Source: Dipteris shenzhenensis
Taxonomy: Eukaryota
Reading direction: 5' to 3' (one strand)
Length of the DNA: 64,000 nucleotides
Assembly: GCA_047967505.1 (NCBI GenBank)
Contig: CM106538.1
The position numbers were made by a program, and so were the translations under genes. This document shows, piece by piece, positions 1 through 12,682 of the stretch. Under the pieces are notes generated by a model, which saw only the letters and a list, made by a program, of their open reading frames with translations, had not been told where the DNA came from and ran no database searches. Positions within the stretch are counted from its first letter, which is position 1; the number at the start of each line of letters is the position of its first letter.

Positions 1-2671
1 GAAGGCCTACGATCGAGTGGACTGGTCCTTTTTGGAGGGGACTCTGAAGCGGCTAGGTTTCCCAGCAGGTTGGATTCAGGGTATCTCAGCTTTGTACAGG
101 ACAGCTTCTAGCACGGTCATCATTGGAGGCAGGATGGGTGAGCGTTTTAGCTTGGAGAGATCAGTGCGTCAGGGCTGCCCCCTTGCTCCTTACCTGTTTC
201 TCTTCTTCGCCGAGGCTATGACTTACTACCTTCGGGCGAGGTCTACAGGGATCAGGGGTGTTCGCCTTCCACTCCGGGAGGACACGGAGCTTTTGGACTC
301 GGAGTACGCAGATGATACAGCCCTGTATGTCCAGGACGATGAGAGGATGCTGGAGAGGGTGCGGATGGCCCTGGAGGTCTTCTGCTCGGCCGCTGGTGTG
401 AAAATCAACTGGAACAAATCAGTTGGTTTTCTCACAGACCCCTGGGCGTGTTCTCAGTGGGGGAGGTTTTTGGGTTTCAGATGGATCCCACGGGGACAGA
501 CAGCTAGATACCTTGGTTTTCAGGTTGGCCTGGACATCACGCCAGCTCAGCAGTTTCTCCCGGTGCTAGACTCCATCCAACGGAAGCAGGCTTTCTGGAG
601 CACTGCTAAGCTTTCCCTTGCAAGTCGTGCCCTGGTAGTTAACCAGGTCCTCCTAGCCACGGCTTGGTATGTGGCTTCCTGTTGGTGTTTCTCGAGATCC
701 AGCGTGGCACAGCTCAGGAGGCTGGTTCGGAACTTCCTTTGGTCCGGGGAGGATGGCCTCAGAGATACCAGAGCCAGGGTTGCTTGGCAGACAGTCATTC
801 TTCCGCAGGCTGAGGGTGGCCTGGGGGTCATCGATCCAGAGCTTCAGAGTCAGGCCTTGTTAGGCAAGCTTGTCATCCGCGGTTTGACCCCGGGGGGGCA
901 GACGTGGAAGATGCTACTTCAACAGGGGGTTGGTTCTTGTGTCCCGCGCCGAGGTGGAGAGTGGCTACCGTCCCTCAGGTGGATCTTCACTTCCGCCCCG
1001 CTCACTCAGCCCCGTTCCCCACTCGTTCGTAGCCTCCTCATGGTTTGGAGGCGGCTCCGCCTCAGTCTCATTCAGTCCCCTCCTAGCTGTCAGGAGGAGA
1101 TCGATCGCCAGCCGCTTATCTGGAACGGTCAGGTCAGAGATGCCGAGGGCCTTCAGTTGGGGGAGAGATCACATATCAGGTGGGATGGCTGGATGAGGGG
1201 GCCAGCCCGGTCCCTTCGAGTTTGGAGGGACACGTACAGACATCTGGAGACGGCTGATCTTGCAGACGCAGCTGGAGGTGCACGTGGAGCCCAGGCGAGA
1301 CACACGGAGATCGACGGCGCGATCCCAGCTGATTGGTTGGTTCCACCTGAGCCTCAGATCCTCATGCCTGGTGACGACCGCTGGCTGGGACAGTTCACAC
1401 CCCATGGCATCCCACTGGTGGTCGCAGGACGTATGGATGACTCCTCTATTTCCTTCTTCGAGGTTATGGGGGATGGACGACTCAGGAGAGAGGATGCGCT
1501 CATCGACCCCCTACTCCCATGGCAGAGGGTTCGGGTCGTAGGCCTTTTGGGGAAGGTCTGGCGTACCGATCCTAGCATCGAGCAGGATCAGATGCAGCTT
1601 TGGCGTCTCTGGCTCTGGGAGGGGCGGGCCTTGTCAGAGCTTGATTGGGACCCAGGAGAGTGGTGGTGGCCAGAGATTGTGACAGGACAGGGGCCGACCT
1701 CCTTCTTCGCCTACAGCACGACTCTGGGCAGGCGAGTTCTTGGGAGGATGCAGAGCCGCCCCCCCACCCAGCGGCCCAGCTGGTATGCACAGGGTATTTC
1801 CAGGTTCTTTTTGCAGGCCTTCTGGAAGGCCTTGTGGGAGAGCTGGCGGCCGCGGAAGATCTCCTACTTCCTGTGGCTTCTTGCCCACAAAGGTCTTCCA
1901 GTGGGGAGCTGGTTGCGGCAGATAGGCCAGGACGGATGCTGTCATATTTGCCATGAGGATGAGGAGTCACCAAAACACTGCCTGTGGAGCTGCACTCGCG
2001 CCCAGGAAGTGTGGAGGTGGACTTTCGGGATTCTTACTCGCGCAGCACCGGAGCTAGGATTGATCACTTGGGGCGCGTTCTGTTAGTGCAGCACCGCACC
2101 TGGTCTTCATCACTTATTCGAGGCATGCCAGCAGGACCCCACTTTCCTTATCACACAGGGGACGTGGGGGCCGCTCGAGGGTATCCCGCAGCACCTAGCA
2201 GAGGCTGATACAGGAGTTCAGGAGAGGCAGCCAGTCTGGGAGATTATTAGCAGCATTGCAGGGTGGCACATCTGGACCTCGTGCTGCGCGCAGATCCTCG
2301 GTGGCACCTCCTTATCGACTGCCCAGATCATGACGGAGATTTGGAGCGAGATTATTCATACCCTCAGAGGCCAGTGGGACCAGATTCAGGGAGATTCCCG
2401 GACCGGCCGGGAGAAGCGGAGACGCTTCCTCCGGGCTTGGGACACACAGGGCCTCTTCTTCGAGCAGACTTCGTAGGGCCTTCGGTGGCACTACTCACCA
2501 CCCCGATGGCTGTTCATTCACACTCGCCTTATCCCTCCGTGAGAGTATGATTTATTTTGTTACCTTTTAGGGCTGTGTCCGATTTGTGAACGCAGCCCGT
2601 CAGCTACAAGCTGACCTTTTGTATCTTGTTCTCGAAGTAATATAATTAGCACTGTTTTTTCGGCAAAAAAA
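1..2671 (+). mobile_element. L1/Tx1-type LINE, 3' part (RT C-terminal half + zf-RVT), running off the left edge
   Basis: ORF 17-2086 has RT motifs (SVRQGCPLAPYLF, EYADD, YLG) and a zf-RVT-like CHIC..E..HCLWSC. The same frame continues past TAG at 2084-2086 to about 2542. Short A tail at 2665-2671. Confidence 0.92.
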
Positions 2672-2888
2672 GAAACGCCATCACGTCAACTAGGATAGAT
2701 GAAAAAAGGAATACAAGGTATTTGTACCTAAACCTAGGACTAAGTGTCCTAGGTGTCACATAGGACTAAGTGTCCTATGTGGCCTAAAAGGCACTAACAC
2801 TACAAGTGCCTATATTTATGCCTGCCATCATGAACTGTAGGCCATCTCCTGGTGGTTCTAGTGATGCCCTATAGGCCAAGGTATGTGC
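2672..2888 (-). repeat. Copia LTR fragment (family of 5624-5880), interrupted by the LINE and carrying a micro-inversion
   Basis: 2672-2823 is the reverse complement of the central part of that LTR. 2836-2888 is its first ~53 nt in forward orientation. Confidence 0.85.
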
Positions 2889-3079
2889 ATGACAATTTCT
2901 TTTGTATTTGATGCCTAGTTCTTTAATAGTGGTGCTAGCAAGCACATAACTTCCTGCAAGAAGTTATTCAGCTCACTTGAGCATGCATCTAAGGGGGGTA
3001 CAATCATATGTACCAATAATGCACTATATACAGTGAAAGGCATTGGCCAAGTTGCTATCACTTCTATTTCTTTAGGTCT
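2889..3079 (+). pseudogene. Copia protease remnant (host of the Gypsy insertion)
   Basis: Translates as NSGASKHITSCKKLFSSLEHASKGGTIICTNNALYTVKGIGQV, similar to the element at 30340-30430 and 39044 onward. Confidence 0.8.
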
Positions 3080-4508
3080 TGTCACGAGGACGTGAAACTA
3101 TGGGACTTTTGATTTGCCACTCCCGTAGTATGCGCGTGACTGCCTTGAGCCTCTGGGACGCGAGGGTCCGGCCATGGGGCGGGACTTGGGGAACTAAAAT
3201 TCCCTAGTGGGCCCTTGGAAATTGTGAATGTGCGCCCAGTTACTAGGCAATTAATTCCTAGGGCCAAAGTGTGCAACAGAGGGACCAAAAGAGTGGTGCA
3301 ATTAAAAATTGCTAATTTTAGCACAAGACTCCAAAAAAGAGTAGAGAGCCCTGTTTTTGGGGGCAGAAGGCCAAAATCAGTTCCAGAAGGAACCAGATCA
3401 TCAATTGTGAGCTGCCAGAGCCACATTGTCATTTGCCAGGAGCTTCCAAATCCTACCAGGAAAATCGCCAACAACCTGGACGAGTTCTAGTGCATTCAGG
3501 GCCTGCCAGAGGAAATCGCACCTGATCCAAGAGTCTGTTGCACGTTGCGATTTCAGCCAGGGTGTCTTCTTCAGATTGCGATTTCATCTCCATGTCTTTC
3601 GGGCTGTGCCAGGTGACTACGTGCTGTTCCAGGTGTTTCCAGGCTATCCAGGTGGCTGTGGAAGATTATGATTTGCTTTTTTAAGCTTTCCAAACTCTTC
3701 CACCTGATTTCTGGAGCTTTCTAGGTGTTGCTTCTGATTTTCGTAACTTTTTAGGCGTGGCTTTTCTCTTCTAAGCTGCTTTTGGGGCTGTGCCAGAGCA
3801 GAATCAACTTTTCTCTGCAGGATCTAGGGTTTTCCACCCCCGGTGACCTATCGTCTATGGATACTGGGGGTAGAAGAAGGCTTGCTTTTGCCGTTCCCTG
3901 ATTGGTTGTTGGCTAGTTATTGCGTTTGGGTTTCTTTCCTCATGAAGAAAGGTTGATTCTTGCTGTTGGGCAGTGGTCAGAGAGGCTATAGATTGAGGCA
4001 ACCTGTTTTGGGAGTGCTTTGTCGATTGATTGCACCAGAGTTTGGCTATTAAGGGCTTTGTCTTGCAGTTGTTCAGGCGTGTCTAGCTGGTTGGGCACTT
4101 AGTTGTGCAATTGCAGGTATGGCACATAGAGTGGATGTTTTTGGGGTCTCTATTGCATGCTTTGGTTGGCTGAGGATAGAGGGTTGTCTAGTAATTGGAT
4201 GCCGTTTCACCGTTTGGAGTTGAGTAGGCAAATACAGGGTGGGCTGGACGGGAAGTCTACGCGCGTTGGTTTGCCTATGGTGCAGCTTCCCAGAGACCTT
4301 TGTAATCAGCCGCTTGGATTCAAATGAATGTTAAATAAATACCACAAGGGGTGCCAACGTTTGGGGCCAATCGGTGTCCGTGTTTCTGAGTAGGAGCACT
4401 CTAGCTCCCTTGTGATTTAACCTGTGGTGCATAATTATTTGTCAAATTGCTATGTATGCTGTAATTAAGTGGATCCTACCACCCTTTACGTTGTTAGGGC
4501 TGGTTTCA
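3080..4508 (+). repeat. Gypsy 5' LTR (~1.43 kb)
   Basis: Starts TGTCACGAGG. The first ~500 nt recur at 23652-24157. Ends TTTCA just before a PBS. Confidence 0.8.
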
Positions 4509-4509
4509 A

Positions 4510-4526
4510 TGGTTCCATTGCCGGGA
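4510..4526 (+). promoter_or_regulatory. Primer-binding site, tRNA-Glu-like
   Basis: TGGTTCCATTGCCGGGA is the complement of TCCCGGCAATGGAA-CCA, the T-stem/acceptor end typical of plant cytosolic tRNA-Glu (recalled, not searched). Confidence 0.7.
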
Positions 4527-5623
4527 TCCACCTAACTTCTTCAAGAGGGGACCCTGTGGTTGGCTTGGTGCAAGTCCATCCGACGAGGTGAAGAAGACAG
4601 CGTACTATTTACTAAATATGTCTCACAAGGAGAGATCTCTGAGTCTTACTGAAGAGGAAGAGGAAGAGTGGATGTCTCAGTCTCATGATGATGATCAAGG
4701 TGCAAGAGAGGAGTCCCAGCATGTTGCTGAGCATCAGGATGATCGAACTGATGAGGAGGATGTGGATTTATTCAGGGCACAGATGCAGAGTTTCATGAAT
4801 GCTTTTACACAATTCACACAGGATTCTCGCTTCCAGAAGATGATGAATTTTGATGTGCAGCTGAAGAAAAGGAAGCCCGATGATGGGGATAGGGATGTTG
4901 AAGCTAACAAGAGACCACATGTCAGCTTTCAGGATAAGCCCTCTCAAAACCTCTATGGTATGGTTTGCAGCAGCCTAATGCTACTTCGGGGCCAACTCAA
5001 GGTAATAATTTTCAGTCCATGGTTTCCGGACAGCAAGGAGTTATGGCAAACCCGCTGCAATCAGGTTATTTTCGTGGTGGTTCAATGTTTTAGGCCATGG
5101 TCAGCCCACAAGCCCAATTTTCAGGTATGACTGCTAGTAAAACAGTTAGGTTTCAGCCTAGTTTACAGCCCGTGCGACAGAATATGATGTATGCAAATGT
5201 TGGAGCAGCCCCAGGGATGCAAACAGGTATGCCTAATGCAGCAGCAGGTAACCTTGGTTTGGGAAATATGCAAAATATGGGTGCTGGTCTGAATAATACA
5301 GGTTTTCCCAATGCTAGGAGTGTGGGAGATAGAGTGAGTGCTGCTGTCCCTTTTGCCCAGGCACTTGTATACGATAATTTGGCACCTCAAGGGAAGATGA
5401 AAGACTTTAAAGAGACAGGTGCAGCAATAAAATTTGAGACATTCAATGGGGTGCAGGAAAAACTTAAGGCCATGACCTTTTTGCAGCAGTTTGATGCAGC
5501 CTACAAGGGAGGGAATTTCACAAAGTCATCCAAAATACGCCGGGCTGCAAGTTTTCTAAAGGGGAATGCACTTCAATGGTGGACCACTGTGCTTATGCAA
5601 AACACTGCACCAAACACATGGAC

Positions 5624-8600
5624 TGTACGCCATCTTCTGGTGATTCTAGTGATGCCCTATAGGCCATGGTATGTGCCTTGTAGGCATAAATTAAGGCACT
5701 TGTAGTGCCTTTTAGGCCACATAGGACACTTAGTCCTATGTGACACCTAGGACACTTAGTCCTAGGTCTAGGTACAAGTACTTTGTACTCTTTCTTTTCT
5801 ATTATCCTAGTTGACGTGACGGCGTTTCTCATCGACCCTTGTACCTTGTACGTGCTCCGTTTTGTCTACGTGACCCTTCAGTGGTATCAGAGCCCAGATT
5901 TGCTTCTTGCGTCATTTTTCCATACTATCCGTATAGACACGTACGGATTCCGTATGCTTCCTCCAACGCTTTTTCGTCGCCAAAACGTGCCTCATTGCTG
6001 GTTCCAGGCTGAGGCGACTGCTTGTAGGCTCCATCTGCAGCATTTTTGAGGTCCTCTGCAGTACCCGTGGCCATCTATCGCCACTTTTGTACTACAAATC
6101 CAGGCGCCTAGCTCCCGCGACCTCAACTAGCCTCAGATCCAGGTGTCCAGCTCACGTAAGTCATCTGCAAGAGGCGTCCTGCTATCGCAACCTGCTCAGA
6201 GACCTCCACAGGAAACACCTGCAGCCACGCATTCCTTTCAAAGTGCCTAAAGGCAGTTCCAGTTACGCTCCAGCCGTTTTTTGCACTTCAACCTGCTGCA
6301 GCAGCTCCGTGGTCTGTTATAATATACCTACAAAGGTCTTTTAAGTCTCAGCTTTAAGTTCAGAGAACCAGAAGCTGATTCACAAGCAATGTTTACAGTC
6401 TTTTATTGTTTTTTATAGTTTTTGCTGTCAAACCCTAATTTCCAACAGAAAATTTAGGGCTTTTCACATCTGGACCTTCAACCTGTCAATACAATACTTT
6501 GGACAAGGTTGACAACTGAAATCTTTCCAAAAATTGAAGTTTTCAGTTAATTTCAGGTTCAGGATTGTCACATTGTGCCACGTCATCACTTAGGTCAACA
6601 AAATTTGGGGCTTTTGTGTTGGGAGCTCAATTTCAACTGGTGTTTGAGACAGTAAATCGTACTTTTGCAGTTTAAAGCCTTGAGGCTATACATTGGGTCT
6701 GATTATCAGACATTAAGTCTTTTCTGCAAGACATTGAGTCAGATTATCATACATTGGGTCACATTTGCAAACATCTCAGCAAAATTTGGGGCATTTCTGC
6801 ATTTGCCCTCTTTTTGGCCTATTTGCCCTCATTAAACTTGGGGCTTTTGCCAGATTTGCTGCTTTTGCACAGTCACATTTGGGTCAGATCTGCATTTGCC
6901 CTTTGATTTGGGTCGGAAATTTGCAGATATTTGCTGTCATTTTTGGACAGCCAGCTTTTCACAGTGATAGCCTTGAGGCTTTTGGGTTTTCGGGTCTCTT
7001 TCAAGGTATCACATTTGCTATGGCTAGGAACAATCAAGATTTATTTGCTGTTCTTCGTGAAGATGATAAGTTGGATGGCACCCACTATCCGATGTGGTCT
7101 TATCTCATTAAACATATTCTTGTTGCAAAGCATTTGTGGAATATTGTTTCTAGGGTTAATCTGAGGCCAGCCAATGCCACACTGGTTGCCTCTACTCCTG
7201 GTCCCTCTGCAAGGGGGTACTACTAATGCCTCATCCTCTAGCAATCCTGCTACTGCTCTTCCAACTCGGGAACAATCAAGATGGGATGCAAGAGATGCAA
7301 ATGCACATTCATGTATTGCTTTATCATGCAAGAGAATCATTATTCCACACATCCCGTCTTGCAGAACAGCAAAGGATGCTTGGGGATAAATTAGCTTCTC
7401 TCTATCACAGTCGCAATGAGGCACGTTTTGCATATTTGAGAAGGCACTTACAGGAAATCAGCATGAATGAAGGTGACTCTATGGATGCATACTTGACAAA
7501 GATCAAGGACCTCATGGAACAACTTGCCAACATTGATGAGGTGCTGCCAAATTCACAGCTTATCAATACGACATTGAATGGACTACCAGATACATATCAA
7601 GGGTTTGCTACAACCCTTCGATTAGTGCCCATGGGTAATCCAGACCACTATTCTTTTGATCAGCTAGTTACTTTGCTTTTGCAGGAAGAGCAAAGTCGAG
7701 CTAATAGACAAGCCATTATTCCTGATCATGCATTTGCTTCACAGCAAACAGGAAGAGACAGGGCTTCCAAGCCTATGGGCAAGCCTAAATCTGCACATAG
7801 CAGCTGCAATTCCTCTCATGCATCTAAAAATATAGCAGATAAGTCAAAGAAGAAAAGATGCAACTATTGTCGCAAGCCTGGACATGACATTTCAAAATGC
7901 AGGAAGCGCATCGCTTCGGAGAAAAAGAAAGCAGGATTGACAGTTAATGCCTCACATGCTATTAAATCCCATGAGTCAGTAGATGCTTCTCATGCACATG
8001 CTCTTCAGGATGATGGGGCATGGGCTGTCCATTGTTCATTTGACCCCTCCAAAGCTGATGCACTCTTTACTGCTAATGATGCTCAATCCTGGTACTTTGA
8101 TAGTGGTGCTTCCAAGCATGTCACATCTTGCAGACAGTTGTTTCACTCTTTAGCTGATGCACCTCGAGGGGGGATTGTCACATGTGCTAATAATGCTTCA
8201 TATGCCGTAAAAGGAATTGGAGATGTGCAGCTCACATCTATTTCAAGTCATCTTGTCACTTTGACAAATGTTCTCTTTGTGCCTGGAATTGAAGTCAACC
8301 TGATCTCAATTTCAGCAATTGGTACTTCAGGTTTCGGAGTGATTTTTGATGGCTACAGATGCCTTGTTTATAATCTTCGTGAAGACAATGCCATAGTTCT
8401 CACTGGCACTTTGCAAAAGGGGCTTTATCACCTTGATCATCACTCAGCTGCACTTTCTATTGAAGCATTTGCTATTTCAGATTCATAGCTTGCTGAAACT
8501 CATCTTTGGCATGAGAGAATGGGTCACCTCAATTATAGAGCTCTTGCAAAGCTACATTCACAGCAGATGGCAAATGATGTATTCCAAACATGTGTGTGAG

Positions 8601-11600
8601 GGTTGTCTTTTAGGTAAGATGCATCGGTTTCCTTTTCAAAAGAATTGTCCAAAACTCTCACAAAGGAAATTGCAGCTAGTACAGAGTGATGTCTCTGGAC
8701 AAGTGCCATTAGGGGGTACAAATATTTTATGACTCTCATTGATCATTTCACAAGATATTGATGGTTACATCCTTTAAAAGCCAAATCTGAAGTTTTCTTA
8801 CGCTTTCAGAGGTGGCCGAATATGGTTGAGAATGAATCAGGATGCAAGCTTGTCACCCTCAACACAGACAGGGGGGAAGAGTATACGTCAAAGGAGTTTG
8901 ATGCATTTTTGTCTTCACGGGGCATTATTCACTCATGCACTACTCCTTACACTCCTCAGCAGAATCCTGTTTCTGAAAGGAAAAACAGGTCCACAATGGA
9001 GATGGCCAGATGCATGCTTAAGGCCAAGTCTTTGCCCAATAAATTTTGGCTTGATGCAGTGATGTGTGCCAACTATGTGCTGAATAGATCACCTACACGA
9101 GCATTGAAGACTGTTACACCTTATGAAGCATCGAAAGGCAGGAAGCCTTCACTTTCACACATGAAAGCTTTTGGGTCTCTTGCATATGTTCATGTACCAT
9201 CTCAGCTGAGACATAAGCTTGATGACAATGCAATCAAATGCACATTTATTGGTTACAGCCAGGAGAGCAGAGGGTATCGCTTATAGCAACCAAATACTGG
9301 AAAGATTATGTCAGTAGAGATGACATTCAGCTTCTCCTCTTGTGGACTGCAAAGCTAAGCCATATGTTGACATGTTTGATGCCTTTGAATCTTGGTTACC
9401 TCTGCCTTCCTCAGAAGAGGATTTTGACCAGCAACATGAGCCTCCTGCAGGCCCTCCACCATGCAATAATCAGCCACTACCCCATGCTGATTTGCAAGTT
9501 TCTCTTCCAGGACAAAATGGTCCCACTATTCATGATGCAGTCATTGAAGAAAGAGCTGTCAATAGACAGCAAAGGCAAGTTCCCAGATGGCTTCTTGATA
9601 CATTGAGGGACAGCAAACAAGATTAGCCTTTTGCTGCCCGAACAAGGTCAGGGAATAGAGAGCATGGTCACTTTCTTGAGTTTGCACTCCTTGCTACAGC
9701 TTGCAATCAAGAGCCTCTGTGCCATAAAGATGCTTTTGACAGCAAAGAGTGGATGGATGCAATGAGAGCTGAGTTACATTCCATTGCTAAAAATGGCACA
9801 TCGGAATTAGTAGATCTCCCTCCCAGCGCCATTGGTACCCGGTGGGTCTACAAATTGAAAAGGAAATCTGATGGCAGCATAGATCGATACAAAGCCCGTC
9901 TTCTTGCAAAAGGGTATGCCCAACAACAAGGCATTGACTTTGAGGAGACATTTCCCACATCCAAGATTACTACCATTAGATGTGTCATTGCCATTGCAGC
10001 CCATCATCATTGGCAAGTGCACCAACTTGACATCAAGACTGCTTTTCTTCATGGGGATCTGCAGGAAGAAGTATATGTCACACAACCTCCTGACTTTGAG
10101 GTTGTTAATTCTGGAAATAAGGTATGCCGGCTTAGAAAAGCCCTTTATGGTTTGAAGCAGGCACCCAGGGCATGGTATGCCAAAATTCATGCACACTTAC
10201 TATCCCTTGGTTTTCAGAATAGCCCCACAGAACCCACTCTTTATGTCCGTGGGAGTGGATCTGATTTTTTAGTGCTGATTTTATACGTGGATGATATGCT
10301 CATCATGGGCCCAAATACTCAACATATTGCAACTTTCGAGGCTGATTTGCAGCAGATTTTTGACATGTCAGACATGGGACAGCTCCATTATTATTTGCGC
10401 ATTCGATTTGCTCATGTTGAGGGGGGTATCATGATGTCTCAGTCCAAGTATATTGGACAGCTCCTTGATCGTTTTCAGTTTGAGGATTGCAAGCCAATCT
10501 CTACTCCAGTAGATCCTGGCTTCAAATTCTCCGCTCATGATGGGAGCCCACCATGTGATATCACTCTTTATCAGCAGGCTATTGGATGCCTTATTTATTT
10601 ATGTCACACCAGACCTGACTTGCAGTATGCAGTATTTCAGCTCAGCAGATTCATGCACATGCCCAGTTCACAGCAATGGCAGGCAGTGAAGAGAGTCTTC
10701 CGATATCTCAGAGGCATTCAAGATTTAGCCCTCTTCTATGGTGATCATGGTTCACTTACCATGCATGCTTACACGGATAGTGACTGGGCAGGATGTTCCG
10801 ACACCAGAGTGTCACATACTGGCAATTGTTTTTTGCTTGGCAATTCATGTATCTCTTGGCTCAGCAAGAAGCAACCAACAGGTGCCACATCTAGCTGTGA
10901 GGCTGAGTACAGGGCAGCTTTCACCGCTACAGTAGAGTGTGTTTGGCTTTGACAGTTACTTATAGATCTTGGTATTCGCCAGACATCCTCCACTATTGTC
11001 TACACTGACAGCCAAAGTGCTTTGGCCATTGTGCGTAACCCAGTGTTTCATGCGCGTACCAAGCATATTGAAGTTCATTATCATTATGTTCGGGAGCGAT
11101 TGTGAGCACGAGATATAGAGTTGTCCTATCTTCCCACAGAGGACAACATAGCAGATATGTTTACAAAGGCACTTCCTCGTCCCAAGCTCGAAGTCTTTCC
11201 ACAGGCTTTACACTTGGTTCCCTTTGTTACATGATCTGACATCCCTTGTACATTCACAGGTAGCTATATCCTTTTGGATGAACATGTGCCACCATGACCA
11301 GAAAATACCAAGTATTCTGAGACGTTTCCAGAATACTTCAGCCCATCCCATGGAGGGGGGTTTGTAGGCCATCTCCTGGTGGTTCTAGTGATGCCCTATA
11401 GGCCATGGTATGTGCCTTGTAGGCATAAATACAGGCACTTGTAGTGTTAGTGCCTTTTAGTCCACATAGGAGACTTAGTCCTATGTGACACCTAGGCCAC
11501 TTAGTCCTAGGTCTAGGTACAAGTACTTTGTACTCTTTCTTTTCTATTATCCTAGTTAGCGTGACGACGTTTCTCATCGACCCTTGTACCTTGTACGTGC

Positions 11601-11625
11601 TCCTTTTTGTCAACGTGACCCTTCA
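5624..11625 (+). mobile_element. Ty1/Copia element 1, full length but degenerate, inserted in Gypsy gag
   Basis: LTRs 5624-5880 and 11363-11625. TSD TGGAC at 5619-5623 and 11626-11630. PBS-Met at 5882, PPT at 11352-11360. Gypsy gag reads through once the insert is removed (APNTWT/GFKQVF). Confidence 0.96.
7020..11234 (+). pseudogene. Copia-1 gag-pol with stops and frameshifts
   Basis: DKLDGT, CNYC..GH..C knuckle, WYFDSGAS, integrase, RT LYVDDM, RNase H YTDSDWAG. Confidence 0.93.
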
Positions 11626-12682
11626 TGGACAGGTTTCAAACAGGTGTTTTCAACTGCGTGGCTTACCACAACTTTTGAGGTGGATATCATGACTGCTTGG
11701 CATGAGCTGAATTCCAATAATTGCCGTAATTTAGAGGAGTATAACAACAAGTTTTGGGTGGCCTTGTTGCCTGTTAGGTCCTATCGGATTGTTCCTTTTG
11801 TGGAGCAGGTTGAGAAATATTGTTGCGGGGGAGTTGAGAGACTACTGCACGAAGACTAAAGTCTTATGTCTCAACTTATCAAGAATGCTAGCATGGCATA
11901 TGATTTGATGCAAGGGAGGACTTCTGGTTTCAAGGGTGGACAAAAGCAAGAATCTAAGAAGGATGACACAGACAAGAGATCTAGGTTCCAATTTTCCAAA
12001 ATAGAAAAGAAGGCTGCGTTTGTTGCAGGGAGGCAACAAAACAATAAAAAGGCAGTTGCGTATTTGAGTCCAGAGGAGCGGAAATCTCTCTACGAAGAAA
12101 AGAAATGTTTTAAATGCAAAGAACCATGTCATGTGTCTCGGGATTGCCCAAAGTAGAATGAGGAGAAGACTGATGCAGGCAAAGGTGATTAGAAGGGGAA
12201 GAAGTAGAAGACCCTGGCTGGTTTGATGCCTAATGTGATCAGTAAACAGCCCCAGGGTGAGGAAACTGAGTTATGCAGAGCTTGGGGTAAGGTTTGGGAT
12301 CAAACAGCCCTTATTTTCTTTGATCCATGTGCAAAGGCTAACTTTATTTCTGCAGAGATGGTAGCGAGATTGGGCATTTGAGCAGAGGAGATGGGACCGA
12401 GCTGTGAAGCCGGTATGGCTAACCCGGAGTTCACCACTCCTGTCACACCTATCATAGGGAAGTTGCACTTGCATATTGAGTCTTTCGTGGACAGCGAAGA
12501 CTTTTATATTATGCCCCTTGTAGGTTGTGACATTTTGTTGGGTATGCCATGGATGCGGTGATAGAAGCCAAGAAGAGAAAAATTACAGTTTCACATAAGG
12601 GGAAGACCCATGTAATTGATGCAAAATTGAAAGGAGTTGTAACGGCTTCTGCCATTAATTCTGTAATGAAAAGTCATATTTC

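Noticed and set aside
12310-12345. Atypical Gypsy protease site FFDPCA
   Set aside because: DPG-type sites occur in plant Gypsy proteases and this copy is decayed.
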